Shown here: positions 39,211 through 48,010 of the stretch, piece after piece | How the letters are laid out: each line of letters opens with the position of its first letter | Position numbering within the stretch: the first letter of the stretch is position 1 | DNA from: an uncultured Pseudomonadales bacterium | GTDB lineage: Bacteria; Patescibacteriota; Microgenomatia; UBA1400; PJMF01 | Reading direction: 5' to 3' | Length of the DNA stretch: 64,000 nt | NCBI GenBank assembly: GCA_964607285.1 | Contig: CAZSJW010000003.1 | Span: 6,094-70,093, forward strand | Translations under genes and position numbers: made by a program | The notes under the pieces: model-generated | The model's input: only the letters and a program-made list of their open reading frames with translations | Told to the model about the DNA's origin: nothing | The model's database searches: none

Positions 39211-39582
39211 ATGAAAAAGAAGATATTGCTGATCGATGATGATCTTTTTATTCGTGACCTATATCATGAGGTACTCGAACAAGCAGGTTTTGAAGTTGAG
39301 ACTGCTGCAGACGGCAAAGCTGGTCTAGAAAAAATCCTTTTAGGTGGATTTGATCTAATTTTACTAGATGTGATGATGCCACAACTCGATGGGATAGGAA
39401 TTCTCTCGGAACTTGCAGTGCAGAAACCAAAACAAAACAATGGACCAATTGTGTTGCTCACTAATCTGGCTCATGACCCAATCATCAAAGAGGCGCTGCA
39501 ACACGGTGCCAAAGAGTGTTTTATAAAGGCTGACCTTAATCCAGATGAATTTTTGACTAAAGTTAAAGGCTTACTACGGTAG
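39211..39582 (+). CDS. stand-alone response regulator receiver (CheY-like)
   Basis: ILLIDDD, DLILLDVMMP, LLTN, FIK, with no output domain. Confidence 0.95.
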   Translation: MKKKILLIDDDLFIRDLYHEVLEQAGFEVETAADGKAGLEKILLGGFDLILLDVMMPQLDGIGILSELAVQKPKQNNGPIVLLTNLAHDPIIKEALQHGAKECFIKADLNPDEFLTKVKGLLR

Positions 39583-39584
39583 TC

Positions 39585-40637
39585 TTACCTTGCCCCCACG
39601 TTTCCAATCAACCCATAAATAGGTGCAATGATCGACATCATCATAGCACCCACCCCAACCCCTACACCAACCAACATAATAGGTTCTAACATCGCGGTTG
39701 CCGTCTTTAGGTCTTTAGTCACGTGATAATCTAAAAATTCTGATATCTCTAGCATTGACTTGTCCAAAGTTCCGCTTTTTTCACCAACTTCTATCAATTT
39801 AATCATCATTCCTGGAATGCCATTCTTCCTTGAACGCAGACCTTCTGCAAACGACTGACCCGCCAGTACAGTGTCTCGTGCATGAATAATTAGTTGACGC
39901 ACTTCACGTTTAGAGACCACATCTGCTGCTAACTCAAGAGCGGTAGCTATTGGCAAGCCCGAGCTAAGCAACAAATACATGCTGCGCGAAAAGCGCGTCA
40001 GATCTATTTGCTCAACAAGCTTGGAGATTACGGGTAATGCAAATAAAAACCGATACAAGATCTCTCGCTGACTTCTGAACATGTAAACAATAAAGGCTGT
40101 AAAAAGTCCCAACCCAATACTTAGCTCAAGAGTGTTGTTTACAATCATATCGGAAACAGCAATCATCAGACGTGTAGGCAGTGGTAGCTCAACCCGCAAC
40201 CTGGAAAAAACAGTTGAAATTTTAGGAATAACAAATACTAAGATACCCAAAAATACTGCTGCAAAAACCACCATTACAAAAACTGGATACATTAGTGACG
40301 ATTTTACCTTGTCTGAGAACTCCATTTCATCTTGGATATTTTTTTTGATGTCTTTGAGAGTGGTTTCTAAATTTCCCGCTTCTTCAGATGCCTTGATCAA
40401 ATTAACGGTGACTTTATTAAATACTTTGGGAAACTTTGCGAAGCTTGCATGCACATGATTGCCCGCTGCTAAATCACTGGCTAATGTTTCCAACACTTTT
40501 TTTTGATTACCCTTCGACTCTGACATGATTGAACGCACGGATTCCATAATTGGAATACCAGCGGCCAACATAGTGGAAAGATTGCTAATCAGAGTGATTT
40601 TGTCACTCCCCGAGAGTCTCAATGATGATAACCGCAT
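39585..40637 (-). CDS. pilC: type IV pilus platform protein (PilC/GspF)
   Basis: LSTMLAAGIP, SEEAGNL, MYP, LPLPTR, GEKSGTL, LEP. Confidence 0.93.
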   Translation of the reverse strand: MRLSSLRLSGSDKITLISNLSTMLAAGIPIMESVRSIMSESKGNQKKVLETLASDLAAGNHVHASFAKFPKVFNKVTVNLIKASEEAGNLETTLKDIKKNIQDEMEFSDKVKSSLMYPVFVMVVFAAVFLGILVFVIPKISTVFSRLRVELPLPTRLMIAVSDMIVNNTLELSIGLGLFTAFIVYMFRSQREILYRFLFALPVISKLVEQIDLTRFSRSMYLLLSSGLPIATALELAADVVSKREVRQLIIHARDTVLAGQSFAEGLRSRKNGIPGMMIKLIEVGEKSGTLDKSMLEISEFLDYHVTKDLKTATAMLEPIMLVGVGVGVGAMMMSIIAPIYGLIGNVGAR

Positions 40638-40646
40638 ACGTACTTC

Positions 40647-42338
40647 CTACTCTGCTTCTGTACTAGTTACACGCAATACTTCTTCGATTGTAGTTGCGCC
40701 TTTAGCCACTTTATCAAGACCATCATCAAGCATAACGGTCATCCCATCTGCAATAGCTTGTTTTTCAATCAAATCTGAATCTTTTTTTGCGGTAATCAGC
40801 TCTCGAATTGCCTTGGTAACTTCCAACACCTCATAAATACCAATCCGACCCTGATAGCCCGTAAAGTGACACCGTTTACATCCTTCACCTTTATACAATC
40901 TCATTTCCTTATTTTTACCCACAGGCACATAATGCTTTGTGATTGACTCCTCATTAAAATGCTTTTTAAGCTCCTCTAGTGTCATCACATACGATACCCG
41001 ACACTCAGGGCAAATTTTTCGTACCAACCGTTGCCCAACGACTACATTAACAGTAGATGCCACCAGAAAAGGCTCAACACCCATGTCAATTAATCTAGGG
41101 AACGTGGCAGCTGCGCTGTTAGTATGGAGTGTAGATAACACAAGATGCCCCGTCATAGCAGCATTGACAGCAATAGTTGCAGTCTCACTATCACGGATTT
41201 CACCCACGAACACATAATCTGGATCTTGCCGCAAAATGGAACGCAGTCCCTGAGCAAAGGTTAAGTTGGTTTTTGGGTTGACCTGTACTTGATTTGCTCC
41301 AGCAACTTTGTATTCCGCGGGATCCTCAATTGAGGTGATGTTTTTCTCTCGAGTATTGAGTACTTTAAGTATGGAGTAAATGCTGGTTGTTTTTCCAGAA
41401 CCAGTCGGTCCTGTAGATAAAATCATGCCATGTGCTCGTGAATATCCCTTTATAACCTTGGTGTTATCCGCTTCATTCATACCCAAATCAGGCAAAGAAA
41501 ATGACTTAGATTTAGACGATAGCAACCGCATAACTACTTTTTCACCATCTACGATCGGAAGAATGGAAATACGAAGATCAAGCCGTTCTTCCTTCATATC
41601 TAGCCGAATCTTGCCGTCTTGTGCAGCGTGATGTTCATCAGTGCGCAAACTTGAAAGCACTTTTAATCTCGTCACAACTCGATCATGGATTGCTTTTGGT
41701 ACCACCAATACGTCATGCAAAATGCCGTCTATGCGAAATCTCACCAGAGATTTCTTCTCTCCAGGTTCAATGTGAATATCTGAGGCACTCTCTTTGTATG
41801 CCGTGGTCAACAAAAGATCCACCATCTTTTCTACAGGTAAATCCTCATTTAGGTCTCCCGAAGCCGTAATTCCCTCATCTAAAAATTGCTCAAAACTTTT
41901 TTGTAAGTCCTTCTTGTATAAGGCAAGTGTATTATCGATATCTAAATCGGTTGCATAGTGCGGTAGAATTGGTTGGCCTGTCTTCTTGGCAAGCATTTTT
42001 AGTGGTAGTTCTTGGCCAGAATTTGCCATCCCAACACTAATACCCTTGTCATCTCGATCAAATGCGATCATTCGATACTGACGAGCCATGTCCTCAGGAA
42101 TAACTTGCAATATATCATCTGGTATAGCAGTTTTAGTCAGTACAACAAATGGTAACTGCAACTCTTTAGCCACAGCCGCACCAATTTTGTCATCTGCTAC
42201 TAAATCATGTTCTACAACATACTGCCATAACCCTTGCTTTGCACCAACAGCTTGCTTTTGTGATTCAGCTAAGGCTTTATCATCAAGAAATTTGTTAGTT
42301 TTAATGACACCTGCCACCTGTTGATCACTCAATTGCAT
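40647..42338 (-). CDS. pilB: type IV pilus assembly ATPase (PilB/GspE)
   Basis: ASDIHIEP, RFRIDG, GPTGSGKTT, IEDP, LRQDPD, TGHLVLSTLHTN, CxxC…CxxC. Confidence 0.95.
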   Translation of the reverse strand: MQLSDQQVAGVIKTNKFLDDKALAESQKQAVGAKQGLWQYVVEHDLVADDKIGAAVAKELQLPFVVLTKTAIPDDILQVIPEDMARQYRMIAFDRDDKGISVGMANSGQELPLKMLAKKTGQPILPHYATDLDIDNTLALYKKDLQKSFEQFLDEGITASGDLNEDLPVEKMVDLLLTTAYKESASDIHIEPGEKKSLVRFRIDGILHDVLVVPKAIHDRVVTRLKVLSSLRTDEHHAAQDGKIRLDMKEERLDLRISILPIVDGEKVVMRLLSSKSKSFSLPDLGMNEADNTKVIKGYSRAHGMILSTGPTGSGKTTSIYSILKVLNTREKNITSIEDPAEYKVAGANQVQVNPKTNLTFAQGLRSILRQDPDYVFVGEIRDSETATIAVNAAMTGHLVLSTLHTNSAAATFPRLIDMGVEPFLVASTVNVVVGQRLVRKICPECRVSYVMTLEELKKHFNEESITKHYVPVGKNKEMRLYKGEGCKRCHFTGYQGRIGIYEVLEVTKAIRELITAKKDSDLIEKQAIADGMTVMLDDGLDKVAKGATTIEEVLRVTSTEAE

Positions 42339-42411
42339 ACTGTAAGTAAGGATACACTACTAGTGTGCTGAGTTCGAGCCGAATTACAATTAGTAGGTCC
42401 CTCGGAAGGAA

Positions 42412-42645
42412 CTAAAAAAAAGTTTGCTTATCATACTCATCGTCATCACCGCTTTGAAGAGCACCACCAACAAAAAATATGAGGAAATAGCCAACAGGCA
42501 CCCCAATAACAAACAATGTTGTCACAAGAGCATCTTTACCATCACATGCTGTTAAAAGCAAAGGAATTAATAAGAACTTGTACTTCAGTATTATTCTGTT
42601 AATATCCTCAAGCGATATCTCTGTATAACTAGTTTTCTCTTCCAT
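42412..42645 (-). CDS. small membrane protein
   Basis: 77 aa, two hydrophobic segments, LLTAC lipobox-like motif, GGGAG RBS. Confidence 0.55.
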   Translation of the reverse strand: MEEKTSYTEISLEDINRIILKYKFLLIPLLLTACDGKDALVTTLFVIGVPVGYFLIFFVGGALQSGDDDEYDKQTFF

Positions 42646-42658
42646 ACTCCCACACTTT

Positions 42659-44098
42659 CTATATTGATGTGACTGTTTGTACCGTTTCAGTGCTATCTAT
42701 CACAATGAACCCAAGCGACTTAATCTCTTCTCGTAGCGCGTCAGACTGTGCCCAATCTTTACTAGCACGAGCTGCTGCACGCTTATCTAAAAGAGTTTGG
42801 ATGGCAGCGGGAATTTTGGGTGCTGGTTGCTCACTTGCAGGTTTGCTTGCAGCCTCCCTCAAACCCAGAGCCAACACTGCATCGAACTCTAAAAGCAAAT
42901 CATACTTGTCTCCACCAGGAATGTTCGATTTAGCAACCTCCCAAATAAGAGCCACCGCAATCGGTGTATCAATATCAGCTGCTAATGCTTGCAAGAACTG
43001 TTCGCGATACGTATCAATTTTCTTTAATTTTTCTGCACTCAACACCGTCCTGTCTTGCTCAGACTTACAATTACGTAACATCCCAACTAAGCGATCATAG
43101 CTTTTTTGTGCACCAGCCAAGTTTTCCCAAGTAAAATTGAGTTCTGAACGATAGTGAGAAGTTAGAAACAAAAGACGCAAAGCCTGCGGGCTAAACCCTT
43201 TATCGAGTAGATCATCAATAGTAAAGAAATTACCTAGCGATTTACTCATCTTTTCGCCATTTATTCGCACGAAGTTATGATGAACCCAATATTTCACAAA
43301 TGGCTTTTTGCCTGTAGCTGCTTCTGCCTGTGCTATCTCGTTGGTATGATGTACTGGAATGTGATCAATGCCTCCCGTGTGAATCTCAAACTGCTCACCT
43401 AAGTACTGCATAGCCATAGCACTACACTCGATATGCCAACCTGGAAAACTTCTTTGATGCCAGGGACTTGGCCATACCATGGCTCGATTTTCTCCTGGTC
43501 TCTCAAACTTCCAAAGGGCAAAATCAGAAGGGTTTCTCTTTCCCACAAGCTTTTCTATCCGTGCTCCTTCTTGCTGAGCTGCCACATCTAACCGAGCCAT
43601 AGCTCCATACTCAGGAAACTTTGAAGTGTCAAAATACACACCATCGTGCTCAACCACATACGTAAAACCTTTTTTTTCGAGTGCAATCACCATGTTTAAC
43701 TGAGCTTCAATATGTTCTGTAGCGCGGCAACTGACGTCTGGTCTCAGATTGCCCATCAAATCCATGCTTCGAAAAAAATATGCCTCAAACTCTTGAGCCA
43801 CATCCCATACTGACTTGTTGTACTTTTTGGCTCCTTTTTCAAGCTTGTCTTCTCCCGAATCTGCATCTGATGCTAAATGACCAACATCAGTGACGTTTTG
43901 AACGAATGTCACTGCATACCCAAATCTGCGCAATACGCGGACCAGAATATCATCCATCGTATACTTCCTAAGATGCCCAATATGTGCATAGTCGTAGACT
44001 GTCACACCACATGCGTACAAACCAATTTTTTCTTTCTGGTATGGTATGACTGGCTCGGTTTTTCGAGTCAGAGTATTATAGAGATTGAGCGTCAACAT
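42659..44098 (-). CDS. cysS: cysteinyl-tRNA synthetase
   Basis: YACGVTVYDYAHIGH, DFALWK, PGWHIECSAM, HHTNE, KMSKS. Confidence 0.98.
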   Translation of the reverse strand: MLTLNLYNTLTRKTEPVIPYQKEKIGLYACGVTVYDYAHIGHLRKYTMDDILVRVLRRFGYAVTFVQNVTDVGHLASDADSGEDKLEKGAKKYNKSVWDVAQEFEAYFFRSMDLMGNLRPDVSCRATEHIEAQLNMVIALEKKGFTYVVEHDGVYFDTSKFPEYGAMARLDVAAQQEGARIEKLVGKRNPSDFALWKFERPGENRAMVWPSPWHQRSFPGWHIECSAMAMQYLGEQFEIHTGGIDHIPVHHTNEIAQAEAATGKKPFVKYWVHHNFVRINGEKMSKSLGNFFTIDDLLDKGFSPQALRLLFLTSHYRSELNFTWENLAGAQKSYDRLVGMLRNCKSEQDRTVLSAEKLKKIDTYREQFLQALAADIDTPIAVALIWEVAKSNIPGGDKYDLLLEFDAVLALGLREAASKPASEQPAPKIPAAIQTLLDKRAAARASKDWAQSDALREEIKSLGFIVIDSTETVQTVTSI

Positions 44099-44161
44099 AC
44101 TATTCTTTCGAGTTGCACAAAGCGTATCAATAATTCTCAAGCTTCTTGCATTGTAACAAAT

Positions 44162-44960
44162 TTATCTAGTTCCATTTCGGACAATTAAGTAGCTTTCCTC
44201 ACATCGATTTGTGCTTGGATTATACGCAGCGGTATGTACTACACGCTTCCATGTTTTCTTTGAGCCCTTAGGTGCTTGTGAGCTATGATGATCTGCAAGG
44301 TAAGAAACTTGATTCTGTTTATCTTTCTTAGACTGTTTAAACACAACTACATCTCTGTTCTTTTGCAAGTGCTTAGTCTTCAGCAGTAGCAACCGAGAGT
44401 ACCAAAACCACAAGTCAGATCGTACCAGCTGCTCATCCCAGATGATTTCTCTGCCTGTCTCATCAGTTACTGTATATCCAGAAACATCGAGTAACGTACT
44501 AGCCAATGATGTCAGTTTCCCCACCTCCCTGTGATCTTCATGATGCACTGCAGAGGTAATTTCATGAGGATGGAAAGAGATAAGTGCTGCAGGTGCTAGT
44601 ATTCTCAGAACTACTAGGAGCTTTCTAAGTAATTCAGCTTGATCAATCAAACATAACTCACCATCAGGATATCCTAAAAAAACATAGGAAAAACCCAAGA
44701 AGGCTGCTGCAGACTCAGTCTCAGCCACTCTTTTCAGACTTAACTCACTGGAACTAATAGACTCACCAGCTGATTTTCCCTTCTCACCCATGGTCAGAAA
44801 TATAACAGTGACAGGCACAGAAGCATTAACAAAGACACTCGAGGAGCTTCCAGTACAATACTTCATCATCTGGATGGGCCAACACTAGTGCCACACCACG
44901 ATCACGCCAAGATTGTTTTATAAACCACGTTGAGTTTTCAAGTGAATGTTTTTTTGACAT
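44162..44960 (-). pseudogene. PIG-L/LmbE-family deacetylase with one-base frameshift
   Basis: Frame from ATG 44960 reads …VALVLAHPDDEVLYWKLLECL, and the downstream frame carries VIFLTMGEKG, E…AA..LG, GYPDGEL, HEDH. Span is 799 nt = 3n+1. Confidence 0.75.
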
Positions 44961-44978
44961 AGTTCCTTTTATATGAAA

Positions 44979-45638
44979 TTAATTAGCACTTCCTGGGCCA
45001 GATAACGTTTTTCTGTCATTTTGCAGCTTTTGGACTGCTTTCTGTTTCTTATTGCCTGATGGACCAACTGGGCCCTTTTTAGGACCAGAAGGAACTTCTA
45101 CTGAAGATTGATTGGCTTGTGCTTCTTGTTGGGCCTTTCTTTGCTTCTCCTCCTCCATCTTCTGACGCCGCTTCATCTCTTTTTCATAGCGTCTGCGAGC
45201 TTCTTGCTGCTGTTCTTGGTCAAGTTGCTTGTATCTCTGGTGTACTGTCTTTGCCTTGTTTTGCTCTTCAGGCGTCAGTGTATTTGGCTTGATACCAAGC
45301 CAGGTGTGTATAGAAAAAAAGCTCTTTACATCTGCCCAGATATCGGCTACAACTCGCTTGGCTTCATCTGGAATAGTGCCTACTTCTCTTGGTTCAGCAG
45401 GAGTCCCTGGAGACTGTTGCTGTGCAGCCTGAGCTTGAGCAGCCGCCATCTGCTGCTGAGAAACTTGCGCACCTTGCTGACCAAGTGCTTTCTGCGAAGA
45501 TGCTTGCTTAAAAGCACTTTCGTCCAGATGCTCACCAAACTGACCCATAGCTTGGTTAAACCCACCCCCCATTCTAGGTTTAAGTCCACCTGCTCCACCT
45601 GGTTTTGGTCCGCCTGGTCCTATCATAAGTTTTCTCAA
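44979..45638 (-). CDS. low-complexity G/Q/K-rich hypothetical protein
   Basis: 219-aa ORF with ATGA overlap with the upstream gene. Confidence 0.7.
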   Translation of the reverse strand: MRKLMIGPGGPKPGGAGGLKPRMGGGFNQAMGQFGEHLDESAFKQASSQKALGQQGAQVSQQQMAAAQAQAAQQQSPGTPAEPREVGTIPDEAKRVVADIWADVKSFFSIHTWLGIKPNTLTPEEQNKAKTVHQRYKQLDQEQQQEARRRYEKEMKRRQKMEEEKQRKAQQEAQANQSSVEVPSGPKKGPVGPSGNKKQKAVQKLQNDRKTLSGPGSAN

Positions 45639-46204
45639 ATCTTTGTGTGATCTAGCTGTAAAATTTGGAAACCTTGTCCTGCAGTATCTTTTGACTGCAA
45701 ATCGTCTGCTTTTGCCTGATCCTGCTGCACTCTCGCCTGGTACTGCGGAGTATCCTTCAGTCCTAACAACTCAATTCGTCGTTTTTCAATTGCTTGTTGA
45801 TCAAGTACTGCCTGTTGCCTCAGGCGTTCTTCAAGCTCAGCTTGTTGTTGCAGCTGTTCGGGAGTCGGACCAGCTGGTTCCGCAGGTGCATCTGCAGCTT
45901 TGCCTCCACCTGGAGGACCAATCTTAGCTTGGCTTTCTTTCAAAAGCTCTTCTAGGACATCTAGCGGATTTTTCTGATCACCAGCGGGTGCTCCCCCAGC
46001 AGGATCCAGCAAACCTGCTAGCGGATCATTGTTGTCACCTACCTGTGCTAATGGATCACTGGGTACGTTTCCTTGATTTTGGGGTAAAAATTGATCATCT
46101 GTGCCCAAACTTCCTGAACCTGGGACAGCTTGAGGATCCGTTGCTGCAGGGAATGAGGGGTCACTTGGTGAAACAGCACTCTGTTGGGGGTCATCAGTTA
46201 CCAT
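45635..46204 (-). CDS. low-complexity P/D/Q-rich hypothetical protein
   Basis: 189-aa ORF, acidic Pro-rich N-terminus, coiled-coil C-terminus. Confidence 0.7.
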   Translation of the reverse strand: MVTDDPQQSAVSPSDPSFPAATDPQAVPGSGSLGTDDQFLPQNQGNVPSDPLAQVGDNNDPLAGLLDPAGGAPAGDQKNPLDVLEELLKESQAKIGPPGGGKAADAPAEPAGPTPEQLQQQAELEERLRQQAVLDQQAIEKRRIELLGLKDTPQYQARVQQDQAKADDLQSKDTAGQGFQILQLDHTKI

Positions 46205-46238
46205 ATTCGTTCAGAATACACGCTACCAGGCAATAAAA

Positions 46239-46568
46239 TCAAGCAGCAACAGACTTGCTTCGCCGTAATGTTAGCCTTCGCTCTGTTTGCTTGCGCAATC
46301 TGCGCACAGCACCGTGTGCCGCTTCAACTATTGCAGAGTACATATCTACAGCGTGCTTTCGCACAATCACATTTTTTCCTGGAACTTCAACTTGAACTGT
46401 AACTCGATTAGCTGATGGATCATTATTTTTCTTGCCAACTGTCTCTAAAAAGACTGATATCTTACGAATATCTTTACCGAGCTTACCCATCTTTTCCATC
46501 TGGTGAGTGGCAAACTCACGCAGAGCCTGAGTAACTTTTACCTGTTTTGATTCGACGAGCACAGTCAT
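46239..46568 (-). CDS. hpf: ribosome hibernation factor HPF/RaiA (short form)
   Basis: VKVTQALRE…KM.KL, DMYSAI..A…RRLRK. AAGGAGG RBS. Confidence 0.88.
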   Translation of the reverse strand: MTVLVESKQVKVTQALREFATHQMEKMGKLGKDIRKISVFLETVGKKNNDPSANRVTVQVEVPGKNVIVRKHAVDMYSAIVEAAHGAVRRLRKQTERRLTLRRSKSVAA

Positions 46569-46609
46569 TTGCTCCTCCTTCCCCCTGCTGTTAGGCAGAG
46601 AACAGATAC

Positions 46610-46646
46610 AAAAAAACCGCTACCTGCGCGGTGCGCATAAGCGGTG
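46610..46646 (-). terminator. intrinsic terminator in the recR-hpf intergenic region
   Basis: Reverse complement ACCGCT-TA-TGCGC-ACC-GCGCA-GGT-AGCGGT-TTTTTT. Confidence 0.7.
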
Positions 46647-46716
46647 TAACACTGAGTTTGTAATGCGATAGCATCTGTAGTGACTATAGCAGAAAAACTA
46701 GTAATTGACTAGCTCT

Positions 46717-47322
46717 CTATACAACTCGCCTACCCTCCAATGCCCTGGACAACGTCACCCCATCGGCATACTCGATGTCGGCACCAATAGGTAGCCCATG
46801 GCCAATTCTGGTGATCTTTAACTCTGGATGAGCTTGCTCAGATTGGCGAACAAACTCAGCAATGTACAAAGCAGTTGCTTCACCCTCCATGGTTGGGTTG
46901 GTAGCAAGCACCAATTCTTGCACCCCTCCCAATCGTTTTACTAAATCATGTAAAAACAATTGATCGGGCCCAATATTATTTAGTGGAGCAATCACCCCAT
47001 GCAACACATGATATCGACCCAGAAATGAGCCTGAGCGTTCAAGTGCAATTACATCCAGGGGTTGCTCGACCACACAAAGCAGCTCGTCTGAGCGATTTTG
47101 GTCCGAACACACAGCACACGGATCACTTTCACTTACGTTATGGCATTGTGTACAAAGTACAGTGTCACGTTTCAATGCCAACAATCTCTTGGAAAAATCC
47201 TCTAACTGATGATCGGGATTGTGCAGTAAATAAAACACTAATCGCTGAGCAGATTTGGGACCTATTCCAGGCAACTTCTCAAATGATTCAACCAAATTGG
47301 AAACAGCTCGTGGCAACTTCAT
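46717..47322 (-). CDS. recR: recombination mediator RecR
   Basis: LPGIGPKSAQRL, C4 zinc finger, YHVLHG, ATNPTMEGEATA. Confidence 0.97.
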   Translation of the reverse strand: MKLPRAVSNLVESFEKLPGIGPKSAQRLVFYLLHNPDHQLEDFSKRLLALKRDTVLCTQCHNVSESDPCAVCSDQNRSDELLCVVEQPLDVIALERSGSFLGRYHVLHGVIAPLNNIGPDQLFLHDLVKRLGGVQELVLATNPTMEGEATALYIAEFVRQSEQAHPELKITRIGHGLPIGADIEYADGVTLSRALEGRRVV

Positions 47323-47326
47323 AATA

Positions 47327-47977
47327 CTAAATACCCACTACACCAGTGATAATCTTCCAAATTGCTTCGCTGACTTGCTCTACAGGCTGGTTTGCGTCTA
47401 TCACGCGCCACCTACCTGTCGTATCTGCTGCAGCTAATTCGCGGTAGGCGCGATTTGTTTGTTGATGAAACTCCTCTGTTTGAGAGTCAAGCCTATTTAC
47501 TTCACCCGTTGCGCGCCTACGACCCAAACCAATTTGAGTCTGCACATCCAGCAATAGGGTGAGACTAGGATAGGTGTTATTGGTAGAAAAATTGTTGAGT
47601 TCTTCAATTAGTTTGACACCAAAACCCCTAGCAATCCCCTGGTACACAACTGAACTATCCCGAGTTCTATCCATGAGTACTATAGTGTTTGGTTTTTGCA
47701 GTGCAGGTAGCACAACTTCTTGATATATTTGTGCACGTGCTGCCTGAAATAAAAGTACTTCAGCTCTATCTGACATTGAATTATTGTCTGTTGAGAGTGT
47801 AATGGCACGAATTTGCTCGCTCATGCCAGTACCCCCTGGCTCGCGGAGAGATACCACCTCATACCCAAGTCCCTTGAGACGATCAGTTAAAATTGCTACT
47901 TGAGTAGTTTTACCACCACCTTCTCCGCCCTCAAAACTAATGAGTTTGCCTTGTGCATGCTGTGCTGTATCAGCCAT
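47327..47977 (-). CDS. tmk: thymidylate kinase
   Basis: FEGGEGGGKTTQ, REPGG, LLFQAARAQ, DR..DSS.VYQG. Confidence 0.95.
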   Translation of the reverse strand: MADTAQHAQGKLISFEGGEGGGKTTQVAILTDRLKGLGYEVVSLREPGGTGMSEQIRAITLSTDNNSMSDRAEVLLFQAARAQIYQEVVLPALQKPNTIVLMDRTRDSSVVYQGIARGFGVKLIEELNNFSTNNTYPSLTLLLDVQTQIGLGRRRATGEVNRLDSQTEEFHQQTNRAYRELAAADTTGRWRVIDANQPVEQVSEAIWKIITGVVGI

Positions 47978-48010
47978 ATATCTCCTATCAACGAAATTAA
48001 TTCTAATCTA

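Noticed and set aside
46569-46716. raiA-motif ncRNA upstream of hpf/raiA
   Set aside because: The region is about 150 nt including the promoter and shows a single hairpin, which is too short and simple for the multi-stem raiA motif.
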